Shown: positions 1 through 8,495, counted from the stretch's first letter. The stretch: DNA of 32,000 nucleotides from Candidatus Nanopusillus acidilobi (GCA_001552015.1 CP010514.1:480001-512000); one strand, 5' to 3'. The notes: generated from the sequence alone by a model not told the origin. Program-made: numbers and translations.

Positions 1-741
1 TTCATCATCTGCAATTCCAATACCTACTATTGAAGCTCCTCCGACACCTAATACAGTTTTTACATCTGCGAAATCTAAGTTAATATATGAAGCTTTATCA
101 AATGTTTCTACCAAACCTTTTATCATTTGTCCTATTAAGTTATTTGCATATCCAAATGCTTGTGTAAATGGTAAATTACCAGCATATTGTAATATTTTGT
201 TGTTATCAATTAATATAACATTGTCTGCATATTTTCTTAATTGAGCTAAACCTTCTTCTGCTTTTTCTCTTCTTACTACACCTTCATTATAGAAAGGCAA
301 TGTTGCAACTGCTACTACAAGTGGTACTCCAACTTCTTTTGCTATTTGTGCAATAACTGGTGCTCCTCCTGTACCAGTTCCTCCGCCTAGACCTAATAAT
401 ATCCAAACCATATCTGCACCTTCTAATAATTTCCTTATATCTGATTGTGAAGATCTTGCAGCATCCATTCCTTTTGATGGTAATCCTCCAGCACCCAATC
501 CTCTTGTAACTTCCTTACCCAATAGAATCTTTTTATGAGCTTTAACTATCTTTAAATGAGCATAATCTGTATTTGCTGCAATTACTTCTGCACCTTTTAT
601 ATTCATCCTATATAACCAATCTGCCATGTTACTTCCAGCCCCACCAACACCTATTATTTTTATTGTTGGCAACAATTTAAACTCCTCCCCTGGCGATACT
701 CCTATTATTTCATCTTCTATTTTATTATTAATCTCTGCCAT
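1..741 (-). CDS. ftsZ: Cell division GTPase FtsZ (N-terminal part; 3' end outside the window)
   Basis: Manual reverse-strand translation starting MAEINNKIEDEIIGVSPGEE..., with IKIIGVGGAGSN, NTD, the tubulin/FtsZ signature GLGGGTGTGGAPVIA, and ...ASIVGIGIADDE at the edge. Absent from the ORF track, probably because it is truncated. Confidence 0.96.
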   Translation of the reverse strand, partial: MAEINNKIEDEIIGVSPGEEFKLLPTIKIIGVGGAGSNMADWLYRMNIKGAEVIAANTDYAHLKIVKAHKKILLGKEVTRGLGAGGLPSKGMDAARSSQSDIRKLLEGADMVWILLGLGGGTGTGGAPVIAQIAKEVGVPLVVAVATLPFYNEGVVRREKAEEGLAQLRKYADNVILIDNNKILQYAGNLPFTQAFGYANNLIGQMIKGLVETFDKASYINLDFADVKTVLGVGGASIVGIGIADDE

Positions 742-1025
742 TTATAGTTATGGCATTTCATATATTAAAAATATTTCTATAAAAAAATAATGTTTTTTGA
801 AGATCTTAGTAAATTTCCATAAATTTAAGATAGCTTTTAACATAAAAAAATAAATTATTAAAATATATAAATATCTAACAAATTTTTCTGAATAGATAAA
901 AAATCATGTTAAGATAATCATTAATAGATAAGTTTTTAAATATTATATAGACCATTGCTATTAAATAATTTATAAGATAAACAAAAAATGTAAAATTTAT
1001 AAAAATTACTATAACTATTATTATT

Positions 1026-1319
1026 ATGAAGTCAGAATCTACCCTACCAATGTTTATATTACCAGCATTAATTATAGCAGCATCAATAGTAGCCACCACT
1101 CAATATTTATCAACAGATATTATTCACATGAACTCAAATATTATAGCATATGCTGATTGTGCACAAAATATGATGAATTATGCATTTCTTGGACAGGTTT
1201 ATAATTTCTCTCAATGTTATTTAAATAGTATAAATCAAACATATGTAAATTGCTATTATAATTCAACAGATATTATATGCAATATAAATGGAACCAATTA
1301 TATTTACTCATTAGGGTAA
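1026..1319 (+). CDS. Small secreted or membrane-anchored protein, unknown function
   Basis: 97 aa: short N-terminus, one hydrophobic segment (MFILPALIIAASIVATTQY), then an Asn/Tyr/Cys-rich low-charge ectodomain. Composition resembles the pilin-like proteins at 12-13 kb. Confidence 0.55.
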   Translation: MKSESTLPMFILPALIIAASIVATTQYLSTDIIHMNSNIIAYADCAQNMMNYAFLGQVYNFSQCYLNSINQTYVNCYYNSTDIICNINGTNYIYSLG

Positions 1320-1377
1320 TTTTGTTAAATATTATTTTTTATAAAAAGTTAAAATATTTTTTTATATAAAATCTTTT

Positions 1378-2658
1378 ATGAAATACGCAAAGATAAAAAC
1401 AAAAGATAACAAGGTATTTGAAGGATATTTAGTAAACGAAACATCGGAATTTATTATAATAAAATTAAAGAATGGCTATAATATTGGGATAAGAAATGAT
1501 GATATTTTGGAATTAAATAAAGAGGAAATAGAATCAAAATATGAAAATAGAGAATATAAAAAGCTAGAAAGTAGAAATAATAAAATATCAATATTAGCCA
1601 CTGGTGGTACAATATTATCAAAAATAGATTATAGAACTGGAGGAGTACATATGTTAACTAAACCAGAAGAATTAATTGATCTTGCACCAGATCTATTAGA
1701 TTATGTTGAAATTAAAAATATAGAAATACCATTTTCAATTGCTTCAGAAGATATGTTACCAGATAATTGGATAGAAATTGGAAAAATATTAGTAAGATTA
1801 CTAAATGATGACGTAAATGGAGTAACAATATTACATGGAACTGATACAATGCACTATACATCTTCAGCATTATCTTTTATTGTAAAAAATTTAAACAAAC
1901 CAGTTTCAATTACAGGATCTCAGAGATCTTCAGATAGACCGTCTTCAGATGCATTTTTTAATTTATTATCCTCTGCAGTATATGATAATTCTGATATAGC
2001 AGAAATAGCAATTGTAATGCATGGAAGTAGTTCTGATAGTTTTTCATATGCACATAGGGGAACAAAGGTTAGAAAAATGCATACAGAAAGAAGAGATGCT
2101 TTTCAATCAATAAATTCTTTACCATTAGCAAAAATATTTCCATATAATAAAAAGATAGAGATAATTGATAATTATTATAGGAAAAGAAACAATAATAATC
2201 CTTATTTAGATGATAAAATATGTAAAAAAGTTGCATTAATAAAAACATATCCAGGTTCAGATCCTGATATAATAAAATATTATGTAGATAAAAATTACAA
2301 AGGAATTGTAATAGAAGGAACTGGTTTTGGGCATGTACCAACAAATCCAACAGATAAAAAATATTCATGGATTGAAAATATAAAATATGGAATAGAAAGG
2401 GGTATAATATTTGTTATAACATCTCAAACAATATTTGGAAGAACTAATCCTTTTGTGTATAGTAATGCAAGATTATTATATAATTTAGGAGTTATATATG
2501 CAGAAGACATGCATCCTGAAACTGCATATGTAAAATTAATGTATGTTTTAGGACATACAGAAAATTATGAAGAAGTTAAAAAGATGTTTTTAACAAATAT
2601 TGCTGGAGAAATAAATGAAAAAAGCTCTTATGAATTCTTTAACTTTAATAAAGATTAA
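1378..2658 (+). CDS. gatD: Glutamyl-tRNA(Gln) amidotransferase subunit D (archaeal GatD)
   Basis: Asparaginase-like motifs ILATGGTILSKIDYRTGGV and LHGTDTMHYT, plus the N-terminal GatD-type small barrel domain. Confidence 0.95.
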   Translation: MKYAKIKTKDNKVFEGYLVNETSEFIIIKLKNGYNIGIRNDDILELNKEEIESKYENREYKKLESRNNKISILATGGTILSKIDYRTGGVHMLTKPEELIDLAPDLLDYVEIKNIEIPFSIASEDMLPDNWIEIGKILVRLLNDDVNGVTILHGTDTMHYTSSALSFIVKNLNKPVSITGSQRSSDRPSSDAFFNLLSSAVYDNSDIAEIAIVMHGSSSDSFSYAHRGTKVRKMHTERRDAFQSINSLPLAKIFPYNKKIEIIDNYYRKRNNNNPYLDDKICKKVALIKTYPGSDPDIIKYYVDKNYKGIVIEGTGFGHVPTNPTDKKYSWIENIKYGIERGIIFVITSQTIFGRTNPFVYSNARLLYNLGVIYAEDMHPETAYVKLMYVLGHTENYEEVKKMFLTNIAGEINEKSSYEFFNFNKD

Positions 2659-2661
2659 TTT

Positions 2662-2991
2662 TTAATGAACAGAAGATCCTTCTTTTATATCTCTATCAAC
2701 TGTTAATAATGATAAATTTCCATTTCCATCTTCTGCAGCTAATAACATTCCTTGTGATTCTATTCCCCTAAAATTTTTTGGCTGTAAATTATAAACAATT
2801 ATTATTTTTTTATTTAATAATTCTTCTTTCTTATACCATTGCTTTATTCCAGATACAATTTGTCTTACTTCATTTCCCAAATCAACTTTTAATATATACA
2901 ATCTATCTGCATTTGGATGATCTTGTACATCTATAACCTTTCCAACAACCAATTTTACTTTTGAGAATTCATCTATTGTTATATAATCCAT
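2662..2991 (-). CDS. Stand-alone tRNA-binding (OB-fold) domain protein, MetRS beta-subunit/C-terminal-domain type
   Basis: FSKVKLVVGKVIDVQDHPNADRLYILKVDLGNEVRQIVSGIKQWY...LKNFRGIESQGMLLAA is the EMAPII/CsaA/MetG-C tRNA-binding fold. Confidence 0.88.
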   Translation of the reverse strand: MDYITIDEFSKVKLVVGKVIDVQDHPNADRLYILKVDLGNEVRQIVSGIKQWYKKEELLNKKIIIVYNLQPKNFRGIESQGMLLAAEDGNGNLSLLTVDRDIKEGSSVH

Positions 2992-3020
2992 TTTAAAAAA
3001 TTTCTATATAAGTTTTATAA

Positions 3021-3962
3021 ATGGATCCAGTAAGAGATTTAAAGATAAATAAAGATATGAAAATAAAGGATTTAATTGAGCAATTTAAATATGTAGGGGG
3101 ATTTCAGGCACAAGAATTATATAGAGGATATGAAATATTGAAAGAAATGCTAAATGATAAGAATACAATCAAAGTATTGAGTTTTCCTGCAGATATTATT
3201 GCAACTGGAATAAGAGGTATAATTAAGGATATTATTAAAAATAAATTATTTGATATAGTTATTACAACAACAGGAACATTAGATCATGATATTGCAAGAT
3301 TAACAAAAGATTATTACTTAGGATATTTTGATTCTGATGATATAAAATTAAGAGAAGAGGGAATATTAAGATTGGGAAATATATATATACCAGAAGAAAA
3401 TTATGGTATAGCAATTGAAGATACATTAAGGCCAATTTTAGATGATATATTTAAGGAATTAAAAAATAAAAACAAGAATTTAATATCTACTCATGAATTA
3501 ATATTTGAAATTGGAAAAAGATTAGAAAAATTTGATAAAAAAGAAGAAAGTATAATATATTGGTCATATAAAAATAATATACCAATAATTGTACCAGGAA
3601 TTACAGATGGTGCAGTTGGAACACAAATATTGATGAAAGAATATGATTATCCAGACATACAAGTATCTGTATGGGAAGATGAAAAGTTTCTTGCATCAAA
3701 ATTCTTTGGAGAAAAAAAGGTGGGAGCATTAATTTTAGGAGGAGGAATATCAAAACATCATACAATATGGTGGGCTCAATTCTCCGGAGGATTAGAATAT
3801 GCAGTATATATTAGTTCTGCAAATGAATTGGATGGAAGTTTATCTGGAGCAAAAACAAAAGAAGCAATAACATGGAAAAAAATTAGAAAAAATGCAAAGC
3901 ATGTAAATATATGGGGAGATATAACAATTATATTGCCAATAATTATATCTGAATTTTTATAA
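3021..3962 (+). CDS. dhs: Deoxyhypusine synthase
   Basis: GGFQAQELYRGYEIL, TTTGTLDHDIAR, PGITDGAVGTQI, and the catalytic-Lys region ALILGGGISKHHTIWW. Confidence 0.95.
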   Translation: MDPVRDLKINKDMKIKDLIEQFKYVGGFQAQELYRGYEILKEMLNDKNTIKVLSFPADIIATGIRGIIKDIIKNKLFDIVITTTGTLDHDIARLTKDYYLGYFDSDDIKLREEGILRLGNIYIPEENYGIAIEDTLRPILDDIFKELKNKNKNLISTHELIFEIGKRLEKFDKKEESIIYWSYKNNIPIIVPGITDGAVGTQILMKEYDYPDIQVSVWEDEKFLASKFFGEKKVGALILGGGISKHHTIWWAQFSGGLEYAVYISSANELDGSLSGAKTKEAITWKKIRKNAKHVNIWGDITIILPIIISEFL

Positions 3963-4011
3963 TCTGAATACCCTCTTTTCATCATCTTTCAGTCGACATC
4001 GATTTCTTCAT
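3963..4011 (-). ncRNA. Candidate C/D-box sRNA
   Basis: Minus strand reads ATGAAGA (C, 1 mismatch) - AATCGATGTCGA (12 nt) - CTGA (D') - AAG - ATGATGA (C') - AAAGAGGGTATT (12 nt) - CAGA (D, 1 mismatch). Spacing is identical to the candidate at 24520. It starts right after the dhs stop codon. Confidence 0.6.
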
Positions 4012-4049
4012 ATATAATTTTATAATTTCAAAAATATATAATAATTATC

Positions 4050-4100
4050 GCACCTCCTAATCAATGAGGGATTCCGAGTATGAAGCTGGTGACACCGCGG
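4050..4100. ncRNA. Putative structured ncRNA of unknown class (GC-rich island)
   Basis: GCACCTCCTAATCAATGAGGGATTCCGAGTATGAAGCTGGTGACACCGCGG is sharply GC-richer than its flanks. Potential pairings are CACC(4051)/GGTG(4088) and CCTC/GAGG. It abuts the GTPase stop codon and has no ORF. Confidence 0.4.
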
Positions 4101-4835
4101 TTAAAAGAAAAAAGCCTTTATTTTTCCTTTTTGCCAATCATATAATATAATCTTTGAAACCCTTTTTATCCAATCAGAATCTTTCTTTATATTATATTTT
4201 TCCCTTAATTCAGTAAATAAATCTTTTATATTTTCTATATTTATATTATAATATTCTTCAAATGGTTTTTTACCTATCTTTTTATATAAATATAAAACCG
4301 CTTTTTCAGGATATTCTAATTTATCTACATCATATGCTCCCAAAATCGCTAATAAATATTTATTTTTTGTTTCAACAATACCTGGAGAATCTATTAAATA
4401 ATATTTTCTAGATAACCTAATTATTTGTAAATGTTTTGTAAATCCTGGTTTTGGAGAAGTACCAGCACTTCTCCTTCCAACCAATATATTTATTATTGAA
4501 GATTTCCCAGTATTTGGATATCCAAATACACCAATATATGCCTTTTCATATTTTCTTCCAACTTTTTTTATTGCTTCTCTTAATTTTCTACTTCCTTTTC
4601 TATATATTGCCGACATATATACTGTTATATATTCTTTACTAAATTCTTCCACCACTTTTTTTAGAAAATCTTCACTTACTAAATCAGATTTATTTAAAAC
4701 TAATATTAGGTCCTTATTTTTATTTTTTATATATTTTTCTATATATTTTATTCTACATAATTTTGGAAACCTGGCATCCAATATTTCAAGCAATATATTA
4801 GATTTATTTATTAATTCTTTTATCTTAGTATCCAT
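4101..4835 (-). CDS. Circularly permuted GTPase, YlqF/YawG (Nog2/Lsg1-like) family
   Basis: G4 motif (LVLNKSDLV) precedes the G1 P-loop (GYPNTGKSSIINIL) and G3 (DSPGI). Confidence 0.9.
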   Translation of the reverse strand: MDTKIKELINKSNILLEILDARFPKLCRIKYIEKYIKNKNKDLILVLNKSDLVSEDFLKKVVEEFSKEYITVYMSAIYRKGSRKLREAIKKVGRKYEKAYIGVFGYPNTGKSSIINILVGRRSAGTSPKPGFTKHLQIIRLSRKYYLIDSPGIVETKNKYLLAILGAYDVDKLEYPEKAVLYLYKKIGKKPFEEYYNINIENIKDLFTELREKYNIKKDSDWIKRVSKIILYDWQKGKIKAFFF

Positions 4836-4924
4836 AATATAAAATATTTTAGAAACATAAAATAAAATATTTTTTTAAAAATTGTTAATATAAATTTATA
4901 AATTAATTTTAACAATATTAATAT

Positions 4925-5119
4925 ATGGCAGCTAGAAGAAGAAAAACACTAAAAGAGCTTTTATTGGAATTATTAAAAACTCCAAAAACCGTTGATGAAG
5001 TAATAAAAGCTGTAAAATCTAAAAGACCAAGGACAAGAGTTAGGGTTATAAAAGCTCTAGTATCAAGATTATTAAGAGAAGGATCAGTAAAGAAGGTAGG
5101 AGATAAGTTACAAGCATAA
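4925..5119 (+). CDS. Small basic, probable winged-helix DNA-binding protein
   Basis: 64 aa; LKELLLELLKTPKTVDEVIKAVKSKRPRTRVRVIKALVSRLLREGSVKKVGDKLQA has a helix-turn-helix-like pattern and high Lys/Arg. Confidence 0.5.
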   Translation: MAARRRKTLKELLLELLKTPKTVDEVIKAVKSKRPRTRVRVIKALVSRLLREGSVKKVGDKLQA

Positions 5120-5157
5120 AAATTTTGATTTTTTATTTTATTTTAAATTTTTAAAAA

Positions 5158-7062
5158 TTAAGATAATAAATGCTTTTCTTCTAAAATATCTGCCAACCAT
5201 TTTAAATCCAATTCTTCTAACTTCTCTCTTGTAGGTCTTCCATTTATCCAACCTCTTGCTTTATAATATTCAGGTAACATTTCACTAATCTTTACTACAT
5301 AACCTGCAGAGGGACCTTCTTTAAATGGTTCTTCTAAAAACCTTTTTGGTAAATTATCATATTCTAAATTATCTCCAAATACTAAAATATTATATACTCT
5401 TTCTGCATTCCATATCCTTTCCCCAATTTTTAATAATTCTTGAGAGTTAATATCCCATCCAGTAACTGCAGATAATTGTTCAGCATATATTTCTTCATTC
5501 AATGCATATCTTGAAAATCTACATACAATCATACTATCAATTACTGCAGCTAAATCTTGTTCTTTTTTTATCAATTCTCCTTTACCCTTTGTTTCAAATC
5601 TATTAATATTATTATTTCCTAAATAAGTTGGTTCTGTAACTTCTTTAAATAATCCAAGTTGATCATAATCACCCGTATTACTTGTTGCATACCATAATCC
5701 ATAACCCTGCGCTCCTCTAGGATCAAAACCAAACAAAGGCATTCCTCTTTTATTTATCATTGCATATTCTTCTGAATTATATTTCTTTGCAAATTCTTTT
5801 GTACCTTCTGATAATTCATCTCCAATTCCATTTCTATTTGCAATTCTATATATTAATTCAATAATTAATTCTGGATCTCCCCAATTAACTTTTAATCCTT
5901 CTAATTTTTCTTTTGGTATTTTTCCTTTTTCTACCAATTCAATAAATGTTCCAATAACATGACCTGTTCCAACAATATCTAAACCCAATTCATTACATAA
6001 GTGATAAGCTCTTAAAACAGAAGGTAAATTATCATTATTTAGATTATATCCAAATCCCCATACACCCATATATTCTGGACCATCTCCTTCTGTACTAAAT
6101 AATGGTTCATCAGCCTTTGTATATTTTTTACATCCTATTGGACAACCCCAACATACTGATTCCCTTGTCTTTTCTTGATCTAAATATTCTTTTACAATTG
6201 TTTCTCCAGATAATTTATTAAAATCTGAAAATATATTTGTTTGATAATTTTTTACAGGTATCATGCCCTTTTCTCCTAAAGCTTTTGCTAAAAATCCTGC
6301 AGTTCCATATTTTGGTAATATTACAGATGTAATTGCCGAATTTCTTACAAATTGAGAAGATTTTAAAATAACTTCTCTAAATTTTTCCTGATTTGCAATT
6401 TGGGGTTTTAAATTTCCTCTTACAGCAATTGCCTTCAAATTCTTACTTCCAAATACTGCAGCAATTCCACCTCTTCCAACAGCACCTTTTCCTTTATCTT
6501 CAATTACTGCTGATATTTTAACTAATTTTTCACCCGCAGGTCCTATACTAATTACCTTAATATTTTTTGCATCATCTTTTCCAACAATAGATGATAATTC
6601 TTCCCTAATTAAATCTACAGTCTGATAAACTGTTTTTCCCCATAAATTTTTTGCATCTCTTATTTCTGCTTTTCCATTGTATATCCATAAATATACTGGC
6701 CTATTTGCTTTTCCTTCAATTATTATAAAATCAAAACCTGAAAATTTTAATTCTGCACCAAATTTTCCTCCAGCATTTCCTTCATAAACTGTATTAGTTA
6801 TTGGAGATTTAGTAACAATAGACCATCTTCCAGCAGTTGGAATTCCGACAATTCCAGTTACAGGTCCTGTAGCAATAATTAATTTGTTTTCAGGACTTAA
6901 AGGATCTACATTTGGTGGTACTTCTTTTATTATATAATATGTACCAATTCCTCTTCCTCCCAACCATTTTCTCAATATATCTTCTGAAGGTAAAGGTTCT
7001 ATGGAAATTTTTTCTTCAGTTAAATTCACTCTTAAAACTTTTCCCATATATCCATAAACCAT
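5158..7062 (-). CDS. aor: Aldehyde:ferredoxin oxidoreductase family (tungsten/molybdopterin, 4Fe-4S)
   Basis: N-terminus GKVLRVNLTEEKISIEPLP...WLGGRGIGTYYI; GPVTGIVGIPTAGRWSIVTKSPITN; Cys motif CWGCPIGCKKY plus a downstream Cys (MIVCRF). Confidence 0.93.
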   Translation of the reverse strand: MVYGYMGKVLRVNLTEEKISIEPLPSEDILRKWLGGRGIGTYYIIKEVPPNVDPLSPENKLIIATGPVTGIVGIPTAGRWSIVTKSPITNTVYEGNAGGKFGAELKFSGFDFIIIEGKANRPVYLWIYNGKAEIRDAKNLWGKTVYQTVDLIREELSSIVGKDDAKNIKVISIGPAGEKLVKISAVIEDKGKGAVGRGGIAAVFGSKNLKAIAVRGNLKPQIANQEKFREVILKSSQFVRNSAITSVILPKYGTAGFLAKALGEKGMIPVKNYQTNIFSDFNKLSGETIVKEYLDQEKTRESVCWGCPIGCKKYTKADEPLFSTEGDGPEYMGVWGFGYNLNNDNLPSVLRAYHLCNELGLDIVGTGHVIGTFIELVEKGKIPKEKLEGLKVNWGDPELIIELIYRIANRNGIGDELSEGTKEFAKKYNSEEYAMINKRGMPLFGFDPRGAQGYGLWYATSNTGDYDQLGLFKEVTEPTYLGNNNINRFETKGKGELIKKEQDLAAVIDSMIVCRFSRYALNEEIYAEQLSAVTGWDINSQELLKIGERIWNAERVYNILVFGDNLEYDNLPKRFLEEPFKEGPSAGYVVKISEMLPEYYKARGWINGRPTREKLEELDLKWLADILEEKHLLS

Positions 7063-7135
7063 AGATTATAATTATTTTCATACTTAAAAAATATTTAATA
7101 TTCTAAACATATTTTGATAAAATAATAGAGTTATT

Positions 7136-7296
7136 ATGACATATGTAAATAGAGAAATAAAAGAATCAGTAAAGATTTTTATACATTTATTAAAAGATAT
7201 AAACCAGAGAAAGGATTAATAGTAACTTTAGATGAATTCGATATAAAAGATATTTATAATACAAAAGTATATACTATTCTAGCATATTATATATAA
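7136..7296 (+). pseudogene. Possible frameshifted remnant of a small ORF
   Basis: ATG at 7136 gives MTYVNREIKESVKIFIHLLKD..., ending in a stop shortly afterwards. An adjacent frame continues without a stop as YKPEKGLIVTLDEFDIKDIYNTKVYTILAYYI* up to 7296. Confidence 0.3.
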
Positions 7297-7321
7297 ACTT
7301 AAGGGATATTTAAAATTTATT

Positions 7322-7393
7322 GGGCCCGTAGTCTAGTCGTAGGATGTCGGCCTGGCTAGCCGGAGATCCCGGGTTCAAATCCCGGCGGGTCCA
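7322..7393 (+). tRNA. tRNA-Ala (anticodon GGC)
   Basis: Acceptor GGGCCCG/CGGGTCC including the G3:U70 pair; anticodon arm TCGGC-CTGGCTA-GCCGG; T arm CCGGG-TTCAAAT-CCCGG; discriminator A; CCA not encoded. Confidence 0.95.
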
Positions 7394-8110
7394 TTATTTT
7401 CCAAATCTCCTTTCCCTTTTCTTATACCATTCAATTGCATTTATAAAATCCTCTTTTGTAATCTCTGGCCAATATTTATCTATAAAATATAATTCAGAAT
7501 ATGCAGCTTGATATAATAAATAATTACTTATTCTATGTTCTCCACTTGTTCTTATTATTAAATCTGGCTCTGGATATGGAATTTCATCACCAAAATATAA
7601 ATATTTCATGAATAATGACTCATCTAAATTATTAATATCTATAATACCCTTTTTAAAATCTTCAAATAATTTTTTAATACCATCAATTATTTCTTGTCTG
7701 CTTCCATATATAACTGCCAAATTTAAATAATAATTAGAATTATTTTTTGTAAAATCTTCTACTAATTTTATTTCTTTCTGAACATCATCTGGTAAAAGAT
7801 TTGTCCTACCAATTATCTTTACTTTTACTTTATTTTCAATAATCCTTTTATCTTCTCTTATCATTTTTAATTTCTCTTTTAATAATTCTAATACAGGATC
7901 TACATCTTCCTTTGGTCTTTTTAGAAAATTATCATATGAAATAATAAAAATTGTAGCAACCTTTATACCAAATTCTATGCACCAATTTAAAAATTCTACA
8001 GCTTTATCAGAACCAATCTTATATGCTTCATATACAGATAAATTATATTTTTTAGCATACCTTCTATTGCCATCTGGTATAACTGCTATATGTTTTGGAA
8101 TATTATCCAT
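7394..8110 (-). CDS. uppS: Cis-prenyltransferase (undecaprenyl diphosphate synthase family)
   Basis: PKHIAVIPDGNRRYAKK, GRTNLLP, LAVIYGSRQEI, PDLIIRTSGEHRISNYLLYQAAYSELYF. Confidence 0.94.
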   Translation of the reverse strand: MDNIPKHIAVIPDGNRRYAKKYNLSVYEAYKIGSDKAVEFLNWCIEFGIKVATIFIISYDNFLKRPKEDVDPVLELLKEKLKMIREDKRIIENKVKVKIIGRTNLLPDDVQKEIKLVEDFTKNNSNYYLNLAVIYGSRQEIIDGIKKLFEDFKKGIIDINNLDESLFMKYLYFGDEIPYPEPDLIIRTSGEHRISNYLLYQAAYSELYFIDKYWPEITKEDFINAIEWYKKRERRFGK

Positions 8111-8281
8111 AACTAATTTTATTTAATATTCTTTAAAAATATAAAATAATTTTTAATTACAAAGTTATATTTTCATTATATTAATTATAAAAATCCAAAA
8201 ATCATTATTCTTCCTTTTTAAAATACTTACTTAATAGGATTACAAAGTTTAATAATATTAACCTTATTAAGAATATATATT

Positions 8282-8352
8282 GCACCCGTCGTCTAGTGGC
8301 AGGATGCGGGCCTTCCAAGCCCGCGGCCCGGGTTCAAATCCCGGCGGGTGCA
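8282..8352 (+). tRNA. tRNA-Gly (anticodon TCC)
   Basis: Acceptor GCACCCG/CGGGTGC; anticodon arm CGGGC-CTTCCAA-GCCCG; T loop TTCAAAT; discriminator A. Confidence 0.95.
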
Positions 8353-8495
8353 TAATATAATTTTCTATATATAATATTCTAAATTCAATAAACACTCAAA
8401 TGACTGATATGAAATGATTGAAATCTACCAATTAATAAGGCTACATATTTACTTTGCATTATTAATTTATTAATTATAAAAATTTACATAAAATT

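Noticed and set aside
875-1099. 74-aa minus-strand ORF upstream of gatD
   Set aside because: Very AT-rich, hydrophobic low-complexity translation overlapping the plus-strand 97-aa ORF, which has better protein-like features.
2069-2368. 99-aa minus-strand ORF inside gatD
   Set aside because: Antisense shadow ORF of an AT-rich coding region, with Phe/Leu/Tyr-rich low-complexity translation.
3776-3985. 69-aa minus-strand ORF MMKRGYSDYKNSDII...
   Set aside because: Lies antisense to the well-supported dhs gene, and its start codons coincide with the C' box of the C/D sRNA candidate.
8395-8440. AAATGACTGATATGAAATGATTGAAATC as a third C/D-box sRNA
   Set aside because: A CTGA and near-C boxes exist, but spacing is wrong and no terminal D box follows at about 12 nt.
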